The notes: generated by a model not told the origin, from the letters alone. A stretch of DNA of 64,000 nt from Candidatus Binatia bacterium (GCA_963422385.1 OY729432.1:818467-882466); one strand, 5' to 3'; shown: positions 20,541 to 31,957, counted from the first letter of the stretch. A program made the numbers and translations.

Positions 20541-22023
20541 AGATTCCGGAGAGAAGATTCAACAGGGTCCGGACTCCGAACCCGGTTCCCCCTTTCGGGC
20601 ACGTAATGTGATCCTTGCTGGCAAATGCCGGTCCCGCGATGTCCAGGTGCGCCCAGGAAACTCCGCTGACGAATTCCTGCAGGAACAATGCCGCCGTGAT
20701 GGCGCCGGCCGAGCCGCCTCCCACATTCTTGATGTCCGCGACATGACTCTTGATGTCCTCGCGATACTCGGCTGCCAGAGGTAACTGCCAGAGACTCTCT
20801 CCGGCATCGCGGCCGCATTCGATGAGCTTCCCGGCAAGATCGCCGTCGTTGCTGAAGAGCCCCGCCAGCTCGTTCCCCAAAGCGACGATACAGGCACCCG
20901 TGAGGGTGGCGAGATTGATCATGCAGTCCGGCTTCTCCCGGGCCGCCAAGGCCAAGGCGTCCGCCAGAATGAGCCGCCCCTCGGCGTCCGTATTCATGAC
21001 CTCGACGGTCTTGCCGTTGAGGTACCGGATGACGTCCCCCGGTTTTTGCGCGCCCCCGTCCGGCAGGTTGTCCGTGGCCGGCACCATGCCCAGCACCTCG
21101 ACGTTGGGCGCCAGCTCGGGCAGCACGCTCATGACGCCGATGACCGCTGCGCCCCCCGCCATGTCCAGCTTCATGGTCTCCATGGAGCGGGGCGGCTTGA
21201 GGGAGAGTCCGCCGGAATCGAAGGTGATACCCTTCCCGATGAGAGCGATCTTCTTCTGCGGCCGGCCCTGGGGCTCGTAGCGCATGTGGATGAAACGCGG
21301 TTCCTCCCGGCTGCCCTGATTGACCGCCAGAAGTCCCGCCAATTTCATCTGCTCTATCTTCTTCTTGCCCCACACCTCCACCTTCAGCCCCTCGCCGCGG
21401 CAGTGAGCCGTGGCCTGCTCCGACAGATAGCTGGCGGTGGCCGTGGACGGCGGCTCGTTTACCAGATCCCGTGCCAGGCAGACTGCCGACGCCGACAGCC
21501 TGGCCTTCTTCACCGCCCGAGTCAGTGCGACGCTTCTGCCCGACGCGGTCCGGCCGAGAATGAGCGTGCGAACCCGACTCTTCTGGTTGTCGTTGGACCG
21601 ATACCTGGTGAAGCGGTAGGCGTTGAGCAGGGCACCCTCGGTGACCGCGGCCACGACGGGTCCCGTCTGTTGGTCCGGCGGCAGCATGAAAATCGCCTCG
21701 TCGGCCCAAACCCGCCCGGCCTCCCTGGCGGTGACGGCGCCGGCCACACGCCAGTCGTGGAGTCCTTCCTCCTCATGCTTGCCCAGTCCCACCAGCAACA
21801 CATGGCCCGCGGGCATCGCGCCGTGGGTCGCCACCAGCAGCGAGCTCCCGCGCCCGGCGACAAAACGGCTCTTCTTCACCAGCCCGCCCAACTCGCCCTT
21901 GAGTTGGCGGTCGAGGCGCCGTACCAAGCCATCCTTGAGGCTCTTGTCCGTCACCGGAACGGCCAGTAGCGCCGTATGGACCCGCGATGGGGCGATTTCT
22001 CTCAGCTTGATGTCCATGAACAT
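20536..22023 (-). CDS. pepA: Leucyl aminopeptidase (M17)
   Basis: NTDAEGRLILADALALA is the M17 signature. 495 aa. Confidence 0.9.
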   Translation of the reverse strand: MFMDIKLREIAPSRVHTALLAVPVTDKSLKDGLVRRLDRQLKGELGGLVKKSRFVAGRGSSLLVATHGAMPAGHVLLVGLGKHEEEGLHDWRVAGAVTAREAGRVWADEAIFMLPPDQQTGPVVAAVTEGALLNAYRFTRYRSNDNQKSRVRTLILGRTASGRSVALTRAVKKARLSASAVCLARDLVNEPPSTATASYLSEQATAHCRGEGLKVEVWGKKKIEQMKLAGLLAVNQGSREEPRFIHMRYEPQGRPQKKIALIGKGITFDSGGLSLKPPRSMETMKLDMAGGAAVIGVMSVLPELAPNVEVLGMVPATDNLPDGGAQKPGDVIRYLNGKTVEVMNTDAEGRLILADALALAAREKPDCMINLATLTGACIVALGNELAGLFSNDGDLAGKLIECGRDAGESLWQLPLAAEYREDIKSHVADIKNVGGGSAGAITAALFLQEFVSGVSWAHLDIAGPAFASKDHITCPKGGTGFGVRTLLNLLSGIW

Positions 22024-22026
22024 CGG

Positions 22027-22626
22027 TCAGGGGCGATGACCGCGGATGAGGGTCATGAACTCGGCGCGAGTCTTCTCCTCCGTGCGGAAGGCTCCCAACA
22101 GGGAACTCGTTATGATGGTGGAGTTCTGTTTCTGAACACCCCGCATGCGCATGCACATGTGCTCTGCCTCCATGACCACCGCCGCCCCCAGGGGTTTGAT
22201 GCGATCCATGATGGTATTCGCGATCTGGTTCGTCAGGCGCTCCTGGACCTGCAGGCGCCGGGCATAGGCGTCCACCAGCCGCGCCAGCTTGGAAACGCCG
22301 ACTATCTTCTTGCGCGGGATGTAGGCGACGTGGGCCTTGCCGTGGAAGGGCAGCATGTGATGCTCACAGAGAGAATAGAAGTCGATGTCCTTCTCGACGA
22401 TCATCTCTTCGTAGTCCTCGGTGAACAGGGCGCCGTTGATGATGGTATCCGGATCCTCCCGATAGCCGCCGGTCAGGAATCTCCAGGCCGTGGCCACTCG
22501 CTCCGGCGTCTTCTCAAGCCCCTCCCGGTCGGGGGCTTCTCCGAGGGACGCGAGGATGGCTCTAACGTGTACTTCCAGGGAATCCGGCGGTTTCTCCGTG
22601 CTCTCGGCAGGCTGCTGAACGGGCAT
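22027..22626 (-). CDS. folE: GTP cyclohydrolase I
   Basis: ...[18 protein letters not shown]...[20 protein letters not shown]...; start taken at MPVQQPAE. The long upstream extension of the ORF lacks homology. Confidence 0.85.
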   Translation of the reverse strand: MPVQQPAESTEKPPDSLEVHVRAILASLGEAPDREGLEKTPERVATAWRFLTGGYREDPDTIINGALFTEDYEEMIVEKDIDFYSLCEHHMLPFHGKAHVAYIPRKKIVGVSKLARLVDAYARRLQVQERLTNQIANTIMDRIKPLGAAVVMEAEHMCMRMRGVQKQNSTIITSSLLGAFRTEEKTRAEFMTLIRGHRP

Positions 22627-22710
22627 CAAGGGAACGTAACATCTGCCCGAAAGCGGGTCAAATCGACCTCCGCAGCACCGCCGCGCCTTGCCGATAACGA
22701 GAAATCCTGA

Positions 22711-22729
22711 GTATATCTGCGTATATCTG
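22711..22729. promoter_or_regulatory. Tandem direct repeat GTATATCTG x2 in the folE/ptsP divergent intergenic region
   Basis: GAGTATATCTGCGTATATCTGTCC is AT-rich in a GC-rich background. It lies about 40 nt upstream of the ptsP start. Confidence 0.3.
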
Positions 22730-22764
22730 TCCACGAACTCCGGTTCAGACACGGAAATACAGCC

Positions 22765-25170
22765 ATGGCCCACATACCCGACATCATCACCGAGGACGAC
22801 ACCTCTCATCTCGTAACCCTTGAAGAAATCAGCCGGTTCGTGGACGAAGCCGAGGACCTGCAAGGCTGCCTCAACAGCATCGCGGGTATCGTGGCCAAGC
22901 GCATGCAAACCGAAGTCTGCTCGGTCTATCTCCACGATGCCGAGAGCGGGAAGTTGACTCTCAGCGCCACCAAGGGCCTGGACCCGGCGTCCGTGGGACG
23001 CGTGTCCATGCTGGTCGGCGAGGGCCTGGCCGGGCTGGTGGTGGAAACACGGGAACCCGTGATGGTCATGGACGCTCCGTCGCACCCACGCTTTCTGTAT
23101 TTCCCGGAGACCGGCGAGGAACGCTACCATTCCTTCTTCGGCGTTCCCGTCAGCGCCCAGAAGACGCCCATCGGCGTGCTGGTGGTACAGACTTCCCGCC
23201 CGCGTGAGTTCATGCACGAAGAGGTCCGGCTCCTCAAGGCCATTTCCGCCCAGGTTTCCACCATCATCGTCCATGCCCGGCTGGTGGATTCCCTCAAGGA
23301 CAAGGAGCGTGAACGCAAGCGGTCACGGCAACGCATGGTCAGCGCGCTGCGACGGCTGCGGTCTTACGAGGGAAAGGGAAAGGAACGAACCAGCGAGCCG
23401 ACGCGAAAGTTTCGCACCCGTCTGACCGGGCTTGCGGCCTGCCCCGGCTTTGCCTACGGCAAGGCCTACATCATGCAGCGCCTCATGGACCTGGACGCCA
23501 TCGGAAAGACCCACACCACCGATCCCGAGGGTGAGATCGAGCGTTTCCGTGCCGCGGTGCAACAAGCCGTGGGCCAGGTGCAAGAGATCAAGACCCGCAT
23601 GATCGCCCTCATTTCCGACGAGGCAGGGGCGATTTTCGACGTGCACCAACTGGTGCTGAAGGACCCGGTGCTGCAGAACGAAATCGAAAACCGGATCCTC
23701 GGAGAACACCTGACCGCATACTATGCCGTCAGCAGCGCATTCCGCGGACACATGCAAACCGTCAGCGAGGTCGGCGACCGGTACCTGAAGGAGCGGACGG
23801 CGGACATCCGTGACGTCGCCCAGAGACTACTGGACAACCTTTCGGGCTCCGAGGAAAGGCGGCTCGTGGTTCCGGACGGAGGCGCCATCCTGGTCGCCGA
23901 AGATTTCTCTCCCGCGGACCTGGTCCTGATCGAAGGCGATCGCTTTCAAGGTATCGTGCTCGCCACGGGGGGCGTCACCTCCCACGCGTCGCTGCTGGCC
24001 AAATCCTTCGAGATTCCCACCGTGGTTGCGGCGGAGGGGCTGCTGGAAAGCATCCGCAAAGAGGACTTGCTGATCGTCGACGGCAATTCCGGGGTCGTGT
24101 TCATCAACCCCAACAAGGAAATCGTGGGCGAGTACGACCGACTGGAGCGTCACTATCTCGCCGTCAACCGCGAACTCGACGAAATGCGGGATCTGCCGGC
24201 CGAAACCACCGACGGCCACCGGGTTCACCTGCTCGCCAATATGGGACTGCTCACGGATATCCGGTTTGCGCAGACCCATGGAGCGGAAGGCATCGGCCTC
24301 TACCGGACCGAGATTCCGTTTCTGGCGTATCATGACTTTCCCACCGAGGCGCAGCAGTTCACGCTCTATCAAAAGGTAGTGGAGGGCATGGGCGGCAAAC
24401 CCGTCACGATCCGGACGCTCGATATCGGCGCCGACAAATATCCCCCTTACGTGAGCATTGCCCGTTCCGAGCCCAATCCGTTCCTCGGATGGCGTTCCAT
24501 TCGCGTCTCGCTGGAGGTGTCCGAGACTTTCGAAATGCAGCTCCGGGCCATCCTGCGGGCGGGAGCGCTGGGCCCGGTGCGCCTCTTGATCCCCATGGTC
24601 TCCAGTCTGGAGGAGATCCTGCAGGTCAAGACCATGTTGCGGAAGGTCAGGGCCGATCTCGCGCGCAGCCGCCTGCCCTTCGACGCCAACATGGAGGTGG
24701 GAATCATGGTCGAGGTGCCCGCGGCGGTACAGATGGCGCAGCGGCTGATGGAGGAAGTGGATTTCGTCAGCATCGGGACCAACGACCTGATCCAGTACCT
24801 GTTGGCCGTCGACCGCGGAAATCGCAAGGTGGCGTCTCTCTACGAGCCCTTCCACCCGGCGGTCCTCTCCGCGCTCAGCCAGGTCATCCGGGCCGCCAAG
24901 GACAAGGGCAAGCGCGTCGCCATGTGCGGCGAAATGGCCGGGGACCCGTTATCGACCCTGTTGTTGATGGGCATGGGCCTCGAGGAGTTCAGCATGGAGT
25001 CCCTGTCCATTCCCGTGGTCCGGAAGCTGGTGCGCTCCGTGAGCCATGAGAGGGCCTTTGCCATCGGCCAGGCGGCTCTGCGCATGCACAGGGTCGATCA
25101 GATCAAACGCTATCTCTTCAGCGAAATGCGTGCCCTCGGTCTGGTGGAACTGATGGAGATCTACCGCTAG
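22765..25170 (+). CDS. ptsP: Phosphoenolpyruvate-protein phosphotransferase with N-terminal GAF domain (EI-Ntr)
   Basis: GAF domain, then the PEP-utilising enzyme N-terminal, mobile and PEP-binding TIM-barrel domains. 801 aa. Confidence 0.85.
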   Translation: MAHIPDIITEDDTSHLVTLEEISRFVDEAEDLQGCLNSIAGIVAKRMQTEVCSVYLHDAESGKLTLSATKGLDPASVGRVSMLVGEGLAGLVVETREPVMVMDAPSHPRFLYFPETGEERYHSFFGVPVSAQKTPIGVLVVQTSRPREFMHEEVRLLKAISAQVSTIIVHARLVDSLKDKERERKRSRQRMVSALRRLRSYEGKGKERTSEPTRKFRTRLTGLAACPGFAYGKAYIMQRLMDLDAIGKTHTTDPEGEIERFRAAVQQAVGQVQEIKTRMIALISDEAGAIFDVHQLVLKDPVLQNEIENRILGEHLTAYYAVSSAFRGHMQTVSEVGDRYLKERTADIRDVAQRLLDNLSGSEERRLVVPDGGAILVAEDFSPADLVLIEGDRFQGIVLATGGVTSHASLLAKSFEIPTVVAAEGLLESIRKEDLLIVDGNSGVVFINPNKEIVGEYDRLERHYLAVNRELDEMRDLPAETTDGHRVHLLANMGLLTDIRFAQTHGAEGIGLYRTEIPFLAYHDFPTEAQQFTLYQKVVEGMGGKPVTIRTLDIGADKYPPYVSIARSEPNPFLGWRSIRVSLEVSETFEMQLRAILRAGALGPVRLLIPMVSSLEEILQVKTMLRKVRADLARSRLPFDANMEVGIMVEVPAAVQMAQRLMEEVDFVSIGTNDLIQYLLAVDRGNRKVASLYEPFHPAVLSALSQVIRAAKDKGKRVAMCGEMAGDPLSTLLLMGMGLEEFSMESLSIPVVRKLVRSVSHERAFAIGQAALRMHRVDQIKRYLFSEMRALGLVELMEIYR

Positions 25171-25335
25171 CGGGGATGATTTCCGCTCCGGGGCCGCCGA
25201 CCGAATGACGCCCGTTCCTCACTGTTGACACTCAAGGCGTTTGGTTCCCGCCCTCGGCCATCGCTAAGTGCCGGTGGTCTCTCGGTTCCTGATCCCTTCC
25301 ATCCGCTGGCACGGCCGTTGCTCTCTTGTTCGTTC

Positions 25336-26085
25336 ATGAAGGAGCCGCCGTCCAGGACCAGACCGGCAACGTATCCGGTGGTGGAGCAACACGACTCCCC
25401 GGCGGACGTAGTCACCACCTATCTGCCGCTCGTCCAACACATGGCTCGCCAACTCCATCGCCGGTTGCCGCCCGGCCACGATCTCGACTCGCTGGTGAAC
25501 TCCGGTGTGGTGGGGTTGCTCGAGGCCCTGGAGCGATACGACCCGGACCGGCGGGTATCGTTCCACGTCTACGCCCGACACCGCATCTACGGGGAGATGA
25601 TCCAGTGCCTGCGCTCCCTTGACTGGGTGAGCCGTTCGATCCGGGCCTGGGGACGGCGGGTCACCGTCGCGCGCAGACAACTCTCCGAACACCTCTGCCG
25701 CGAAGCCACTTCCGAGGAGATGGCGAAGGAGCTGGATTTACCGTTGGAGACCTATCACAAGATCAACTACCGGATCAGAGAGCACGGGTGGTTGAGCCTC
25801 GATGACCCGTCTTGCGGCGGGCCTGACCTGGTCCCCGAAGGGAACGTTTCGGGACAGGATCTCTATCAGGATCCGGTCGTGCAAGTGGAGCGCCGGGACC
25901 TGGTCGACAAGCTGAAACGCGCCGTGGCGCGGCTCCCGGAACGTGAACGTCTGGTGGTGACCCTGCGCCACTACCGGGAGCTCAAGTTCAGGGAGATCGG
26001 AGAAGGACTGGGAGTGACGGAAGGGAGGATCTGTCAGATCTACGTGCAAGCGCGCAAACGCCTGCGGAAGGCGCTCGGCGATTGA
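25336..26085 (+). CDS. Sigma-70 family sigma factor, FliA/WhiG-like
   Basis: Region 2 (YLPLVQHMARQL...DLDSLVNSGVVGLLEALERYDP) and region 4 HTH (LRHYRELKFREIGEGLGVTEGRICQI) are both present. Confidence 0.7.
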   Translation: MKEPPSRTRPATYPVVEQHDSPADVVTTYLPLVQHMARQLHRRLPPGHDLDSLVNSGVVGLLEALERYDPDRRVSFHVYARHRIYGEMIQCLRSLDWVSRSIRAWGRRVTVARRQLSEHLCREATSEEMAKELDLPLETYHKINYRIREHGWLSLDDPSCGGPDLVPEGNVSGQDLYQDPVVQVERRDLVDKLKRAVARLPERERLVVTLRHYRELKFREIGEGLGVTEGRICQIYVQARKRLRKALGD

Positions 26086-26110
26086 GCGCCGGACCTTGCC
26101 CTAGTGGCCA

Positions 26111-27481
26111 TCAGCCTCCGGCCCGTATGGCGGCGATCTCGTCCTTGATCACCTGCCTCCTCGGCGAATCCTCCGCGTACTGCTGGGCGGCACGCTCCAG
26201 GGAGTCGATGGCCTTGGGGGTCTCGTCCCGAAGCAGGTACGACTGCGCCAGGTAGTAGTGGGCTTTCCCGGGCTGATTCAGCTTCCGGTAGGCGTAGCCG
26301 AGCCGCCGGGCGGCTTCGGGCCAGAACGGCGCAAGTTGGCGCACCCTCAGATACGACCGCGCCGCTTGCCGGAAGCGCGATTCCTTTTCGAGGAGTTGTC
26401 CCCGGTACAGGTGGGTGATGGGGTCGTCAGGCTCCCGCGCCAACATGCGTTCGAAGGCGGCGTGGGCCTTGGCGAATGCTTCGGTGTGTACGTACATCAG
26501 TCCCAGATCCCGATCCAGGCCCGGCCTGACCGACTTGAATCGTGCCGCCCTTTCCAGCATTTCCCGTGCGCGAGCCCACCGGCCGGTGGCGGCATAGGCG
26601 ATGCCCAGGGAATACGCCGGCTCGGGCGCTTCGGGACGCCGTTCATGGGCCTTCCTCAGCCGCTCGACCGCTACCTCCGGCTCTTTTCGCAGCTCGATCA
26701 GAAGCTTGACCCGTTCGATATCATCGACATCCCTGAAACGGGGACGTGCGAGTCCAAGGGCCCGGATCGATGCTGTCAGATTGGCGATCCGTTTCCGGGT
26801 CAGAGGGTGCGTCAGCAGGTAGGAGGGTCTGCCCACGGGGTTCAGGGTACGTTCGCGATACATCCTCTTCATAAAGGCCACCGCGGCCTCGGGATCATAA
26901 CCCGCGCGTGCCAGGTAGACGACGCCCAGGTTGTCCGCCTGTTCCTCCATCTGTCGGCTGAACTCCAGTTGCTGGGTCATGGCGACGGCGGGGCCGGCAA
27001 GCGCCGCTGGCCCCAGGACGGGCGCCAGGAACACGCCAAGCATTCCGATCAGCATGGTCGCGTTCGTATTGGAAGACAGGGCGGCGAAGTGCCGCGCATT
27101 CACGTGGACGATCTCGTGGGCGACCACGGAAGCCAGCTCGTCGGACGTATCCACCCTCTGGATGAGTCCCGAGTGCAGGAAGATGCTGCCGCCGGGCACG
27201 GCGAACGCATTCAACGAGGAGTCTTCGATGACGAAGAAGCGGTACGGGTATCGGGTGTTGCCTATCGCTTCGAGGATCCGACGGCCGATCCGGTCGACGT
27301 ACAACTCGACTTCCGGGTCCTCGATGAACTTGAGCCGGAGACGGGCCTCCCGCCGGAACTGGCGGCTGACGCGGATCTCCTCGTCCTGGGAAAGGGCATG
27401 GGAAACGGGTACACGGAGAAACGCCGTGGCGTAGCACGCGAGCAGCAATGTCACAGCGCAACAGTGGAAGGCTCTCCGCAT
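26111..27481 (-). CDS. M48-family metalloprotease with TPR repeats (BepA/YfgC-like)
   Basis: Signal peptide, HExxH (VAHEIVHVNARH) and C-terminal TPR repeats. Confidence 0.75.
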   Translation of the reverse strand: MRRAFHCCAVTLLLACYATAFLRVPVSHALSQDEEIRVSRQFRREARLRLKFIEDPEVELYVDRIGRRILEAIGNTRYPYRFFVIEDSSLNAFAVPGGSIFLHSGLIQRVDTSDELASVVAHEIVHVNARHFAALSSNTNATMLIGMLGVFLAPVLGPAALAGPAVAMTQQLEFSRQMEEQADNLGVVYLARAGYDPEAAVAFMKRMYRERTLNPVGRPSYLLTHPLTRKRIANLTASIRALGLARPRFRDVDDIERVKLLIELRKEPEVAVERLRKAHERRPEAPEPAYSLGIAYAATGRWARAREMLERAARFKSVRPGLDRDLGLMYVHTEAFAKAHAAFERMLAREPDDPITHLYRGQLLEKESRFRQAARSYLRVRQLAPFWPEAARRLGYAYRKLNQPGKAHYYLAQSYLLRDETPKAIDSLERAAQQYAEDSPRRQVIKDEIAAIRAGG

Positions 27482-27631
27482 GTCCTGAACTCTATCCGAC
27501 GCCCCATACCGGGTCAATAATACGCCATCAGCCGCCGGCGGGCAGCAGTCCGTGGCGCCTCCGATCCCCTCCTCCAGCGAGGGGGAGTCGGAGGCAGCGG
27601 AATGGACCTTGGCGGCCCGGGCCGCCAGGTC

Positions 27632-29716
27632 TCACTCGAGCCCCAGCCAGACGAACAGGTCGCCCGGCGGAAACGGCAGATGCAGGATCATGTCGAAGAT
27701 GCCGGCGAAGAAAAGGTAGGCCACCGCCGTGAGGATGATGGTGATGCGCCAGCCTTCCCCGGCGCCGAACTTGAGGTAGAGAAAGGTCGCAACCAGCGAC
27801 GAGTACACGAACCCGATCAGCCATATGGAGACAAAGAAACCCACCACCCAGACACTGATGACCAGGGTTCGCCACCGGGTTTCCTCCGGAGATATTGCCT
27901 CGACTTCCTCGACGCCTTCCTCTCCGTGCATCACCTCCCTGGAGGTCTTCATGATCTCCTTCACGAACACCGCCGCGCTGATGAAAAAGGCCGGAAGCCC
28001 GATGATCAGCGGGAACAGGGCCGCGCGCTCCTCGTCGGCACCGAAGCCGAAGAAACATTCGCGCAGAACGTAGGCGAACAGCGCGACGAAGCAGAAGGCA
28101 AAGATGCCATTGGCCATGCGCTCGTTGCGTGAGATCGCTTCCACGGTCTTGGTGATCCCCGGCACCTCGAACCTGGCTTCGTGCCGCTCGAGACGTTTGC
28201 GCTCCAGGTAGGCCTGGAACATCGGGTAGCACAGCCCCGCGACAATCAGCAGCGCAATCAACAGCACCCCGGGCCGCAGCACGAACGCGGCGCCGTAGAC
28301 CTTGGTGGCGATGAAGAGGTTGTTTTCCGCGATGCCGCCGAGAACGAGCCCCAGCAGGAGCGGCGGCCGCTGCCAGTCGAACCGGACCATCAGCCATCCC
28401 ACCGCGCCGAATATCAGCACCATCACGATGTCGCCGAAGGCGTTGTTGACGGCAAAGCCCCCCAGATAGATCAGCAGCAGGAGGAACGGTATCAGGTAGG
28501 TTCCCTTGACGAAGGTGATCCTGGCGAGCTGGTTCAGGAACAGCAGACAGACGGCCACGGTGATGATGTTGGAGACGACGATGATCCAGACGAACGAGAA
28601 CGTGAGGTCCAGGTGCTTGGCGGGATCGAGCAGGTCCGGTCCCGGGACGATCCCCTGGATGATGAAGGCTCCCAACAGGATAGCCATGGAGACGCTGCCC
28701 GGGACGCCGAACGCGATGGTCGGAACCAGCGAGCCGCCTTCCTTGGAGTTGTTGGCCGCGCCTGGGCCGAGGACACCCTCGATGGCTCCCTTGCCGAAAC
28801 GGTCCTTGTCTCCCGGGGAGCTCTGCACCGCGTGGGCATAGGCCACCCACTGGGCCGGCCCACCGCCGAGTCCCGGAATGAGGCCGATGTAGGACCCGAT
28901 GGCGCTGCACGTCAGCACCAGCTTCCAGTGCCGGAAGGTATCAATGACACCCTGCATGACGCCGCCCAGCTTGCCGGTGGATGATTGGCGCGCGATGCTC
29001 GACCCCTGGACCGACAACTCGATGATCTCGGGAATGGCGAACAGGCCCACCGTCACCGACACGAGGGACAAGCCGTCCCACAAGAAAAGCGCGGCATCCT
29101 CCCCGATGACGGGGTCGAGGGTAAACCGGGGGACGCTCTCGATGGGGTCCAGGCCGATGGTGGCCAGAACGAGCCCGAAGGCGCCGGTGCACAACCCCTT
29201 GAGGATGTTGCCGCCGCTTAGAGAAGCCACGAAGGTGATCCCCAGGAGCGCCAGCATGAAGAACTCCGAGGATCCGATGGAAAGCACCAGCGGTTGGACG
29301 ATGGGGATGGCCAGAGCCAGGGCGAACGCACCGAAGACCGCCCCCACCAGCGAGCTCATGAGCGCGGCTCCCAAGGCGCGGCCGGCCTCTCCCTTCTTCG
29401 CCATGGGATGGCCGTCCACAATGGTGGCGGCGGTGATGCCCTCTCCCGGCACCCCGAACAGGATCGAGGTGATGTCCCCGGTGGTGGCGGTCACCGCGTT
29501 GGAACCCAGGAGAAACGCGAACGCGGTGGTGGGGTCCATCTTGTAGATGAAGGGCAGCATGAGCGCCAAGGTGGTGGCGCCCCCGAGCCCCGGCAGAATG
29601 CCTACGACAAACCCGATGGCGATGCCGATGAGCATGAACAGGAACGGGTCCTGTCCGGCGGCGGAGAACGGCAGGATGTTGGCCAGTCCGATGTAAAATG
29701 CGTGAAAGGTGTCCAT
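27632..29716 (-). CDS. tctA: Tripartite tricarboxylate transporter TctA permease fused to a C-terminal TctB-like domain
   Basis: 694 aa. The first 500 or so aa are TctA-like with repeated GxPG segments. The C-terminal 150 or so aa form four hydrophobic helices like the small subunit TctB. Confidence 0.7.
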   Translation of the reverse strand: MDTFHAFYIGLANILPFSAAGQDPFLFMLIGIAIGFVVGILPGLGGATTLALMLPFIYKMDPTTAFAFLLGSNAVTATTGDITSILFGVPGEGITAATIVDGHPMAKKGEAGRALGAALMSSLVGAVFGAFALALAIPIVQPLVLSIGSSEFFMLALLGITFVASLSGGNILKGLCTGAFGLVLATIGLDPIESVPRFTLDPVIGEDAALFLWDGLSLVSVTVGLFAIPEIIELSVQGSSIARQSSTGKLGGVMQGVIDTFRHWKLVLTCSAIGSYIGLIPGLGGGPAQWVAYAHAVQSSPGDKDRFGKGAIEGVLGPGAANNSKEGGSLVPTIAFGVPGSVSMAILLGAFIIQGIVPGPDLLDPAKHLDLTFSFVWIIVVSNIITVAVCLLFLNQLARITFVKGTYLIPFLLLLIYLGGFAVNNAFGDIVMVLIFGAVGWLMVRFDWQRPPLLLGLVLGGIAENNLFIATKVYGAAFVLRPGVLLIALLIVAGLCYPMFQAYLERKRLERHEARFEVPGITKTVEAISRNERMANGIFAFCFVALFAYVLRECFFGFGADEERAALFPLIIGLPAFFISAAVFVKEIMKTSREVMHGEEGVEEVEAISPEETRWRTLVISVWVVGFFVSIWLIGFVYSSLVATFLYLKFGAGEGWRITIILTAVAYLFFAGIFDMILHLPFPPGDLFVWLGLE

Positions 29717-29914
29717 AGGGTTGATCTCTGAACGATAGGTGTTCGAACCGAAAGGGACGGCCCCGCCCCCGTGTCAGGTAAGGGCCGTTTGGTGGTAACT
29801 TCTTGATATATATCGAGAGAAGGTCCGTTTTGAACGTGCCTTTATGGCTCAAAACCGGGGACCTGTCAAGCGACGGATACGCGCACACGCGCAACGCCGG
29901 TCATGCCGGCCGGC

Positions 29915-30349
29915 TCACCTCTTTCCGGCCGCCAGCGACTCGTAGCTCGTGCCCTCGCCGTTGTCCTGGCTCACCGGAAGACCCAGGCCCGCCCAGCCCT
30001 CGACCACGACTTGCCCGTAGGGATCGCGCATCCCGCCGAAGCCGCCGCGCACACTGGCCACGTCCTGGTAGCCCCGTTGCTCCAGGAGGTTGGCCGCGGT
30101 GTTGGATCGCGGACCCGCCTTGCAGCCCAGCAGCAGCTTCCTGTCCTTGGCGAAATGGCTTTCCACTACCTCGACGAAGTCCTGGTTGTAGACCATGCCT
30201 TGCGCCGGATCGTGAACCGCGACGGGGATGTTGACCGCCCTTTCCGGATGGCCGGCGGTGAACTCCTCCACCGTGCGCACGTCGATGTACACGGACTGGG
30301 CGTCCTGCCGTAACGTATCGTAGGCTTCCTGCGGCGTAATATCGTTCAC
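29915..30349 (-). CDS. Rhodanese-like domain protein
   Basis: Single rhodanese domain with the active-site Cys (LLGCKAGPRS). GTG start preceded by a GGGGAGAG RBS. Confidence 0.6.
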   Translation of the reverse strand: MNDITPQEAYDTLRQDAQSVYIDVRTVEEFTAGHPERAVNIPVAVHDPAQGMVYNQDFVEVVESHFAKDRKLLLGCKAGPRSNTAANLLEQRGYQDVASVRGGFGGMRDPYGQVVVEGWAGLGLPVSQDNGEGTSYESLAAGKR

Positions 30350-30399
30350 CGTCTCTCCCCTCGCATGTCGAACGGTTGCCTCTTTCAAGGACGCCGGCC

Positions 30400-31173
30400 T
30401 CACATGCCCATCACGTTGTAGCCCGCATCGACGTGGATCGTTTCCCCGGTCACTCCGCTTCCCAGGTCGCTCACGAGATAGACCGCCGTCCTGCCGATCT
30501 CGGCGGGCTCGACGTTGCGTTTGAGCGGCGCCCGTTCGCCGGCGTAGCGCAACATGTCCCGGAACCCCGCGATGCCGGCGGCCGCCAGGGTCTTCACCGG
30601 ACCGGCCGAGATGGCATTGACCCGTATCCCCTCCGGACCCAGATCGTGGGCCAGATAACGGACGCTGGCCTCCAGCGCCGCTTTCGCCACCCCCATCACG
30701 TTGTAGTTGGGCACCACCTTCTCGGATCCCATGTAGGTCAACGTCACCACCGCGCCGTCGCGCCCCTTCATGAGCCCGGCGGCGTGGCGCGTCAACGCCA
30801 CCAGCGAATAGCTGCTGATGTCCAGCGCGGTGTGAAACCCCTCCCGTCCGGTCTGCACGTAGGGTTGAGACAGGTCTTCCTTCCTGGCGTAAGCGATGGC
30901 GTGTATCAGGATGTCGAGCCCCCCCCACTCGCGGCCGACGGTGTCGAAGACCGCTTCGATCTCCTCGTCCCGGGTGACGTCACACGGCAGAACGAGGGTG
31001 GAACCGATGCCCTCGGCCAGCGGCCGGACGCGCTTCTCCAACACTTCTCCGGCATAGGTAAGGGCCAGCTCCGCCCCCTGGGCATGCAACTCCCGCGCCA
31101 CCGCCCAGGCGATGCTCCGGTCATTGGCCACGCCGAAGATCAACGCCTTCCTGCCTGCAAGGATTCCCGACAT
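30400..31173 (-). CDS. fabI: Enoyl-ACP reductase (NADH) FabI
   Basis: MSGILAGRKALIFGVAN... SDR fold. The Y/K catalytic region is present (NYNVMGVAKAALEA). Confidence 0.9.
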   Translation of the reverse strand: MSGILAGRKALIFGVANDRSIAWAVARELHAQGAELALTYAGEVLEKRVRPLAEGIGSTLVLPCDVTRDEEIEAVFDTVGREWGGLDILIHAIAYARKEDLSQPYVQTGREGFHTALDISSYSLVALTRHAAGLMKGRDGAVVTLTYMGSEKVVPNYNVMGVAKAALEASVRYLAHDLGPEGIRVNAISAGPVKTLAAAGIAGFRDMLRYAGERAPLKRNVEPAEIGRTAVYLVSDLGSGVTGETIHVDAGYNVMGM

Positions 31174-31225
31174 TTTCCACTCCCGTGCGGCCTTCCCGAC
31201 AACCAACCCGCGCCTTGTGCGCGCC

Positions 31226-31828
31226 CTACTTCGACCTCTCCGTCAAGCCCCTCTGCCAGAGGTACTCGGTCTCGCCGAGATTCTTTCCCACCCATCGTCC
31301 CAGCACGTAGAAGAGATCGCTCAACCGATTGACGTACTTGAGGGGCCCCTCGCCGATGTTCTCGACACGTGACAGCCGGAGGATCTCCCGCTCCGCCCGA
31401 CGGCACACCGTACGGCATTGATGGAGTTGCGCGCTGATGGGACCGCCTCCCGGAAGGATGAACGACTTGAGCGGCTTCAGCTCTTTTTGGCATTCATTGA
31501 TCAGCCGTTCGATGCGGGTCACTTCCTCCTCGCCCACGCGGTGCATGCCGTCGTAGGTGAAACCCTCCGGAGTCGCCAACTCGCTGCCCAGATCGAAGAG
31601 CACCTGCTGGATCTCCTGAAGCGTGTCGTCGAGCTTGAGGTGCAGCTCGCGTTGGCCCTTCCCCTGCTCGTTCCAGGCGCGCACCAAGCCCACCACCGCG
31701 TTGAGCTCATCGACGGTGCCGTAGGCCTCGACCCGGGCGGAGTCCTTGGGCACCCGCTCCCCGCCCACCAGACCGGTGGCGCCGTCGTCACCGGTCCGCG
31801 TGTACACGCGCGTTATCCTGATGGCCAT
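31226..31828 (-). CDS. PduO-type ATP:cob(I)alamin adenosyltransferase
   Basis: TRTGDDGATGL...RVPKDSARVEAYGTVDELNAVVG is the MMAB/PduO signature. Confidence 0.85.
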   Translation of the reverse strand: MAIRITRVYTRTGDDGATGLVGGERVPKDSARVEAYGTVDELNAVVGLVRAWNEQGKGQRELHLKLDDTLQEIQQVLFDLGSELATPEGFTYDGMHRVGEEEVTRIERLINECQKELKPLKSFILPGGGPISAQLHQCRTVCRRAEREILRLSRVENIGEGPLKYVNRLSDLFYVLGRWVGKNLGETEYLWQRGLTERSK

Positions 31829-31957
31829 CTCAAGACCCTCGTTCATGGCAGATCGATGCGCACCAGCGTATCGGGTTCGGCGAAAGAAAGCCAATCGTCT
31901 GGCGCCCCCGACGGCCTGTAGGGTCCGTTTCGTTCAAGCATCGAAGATGGTAGGAAA

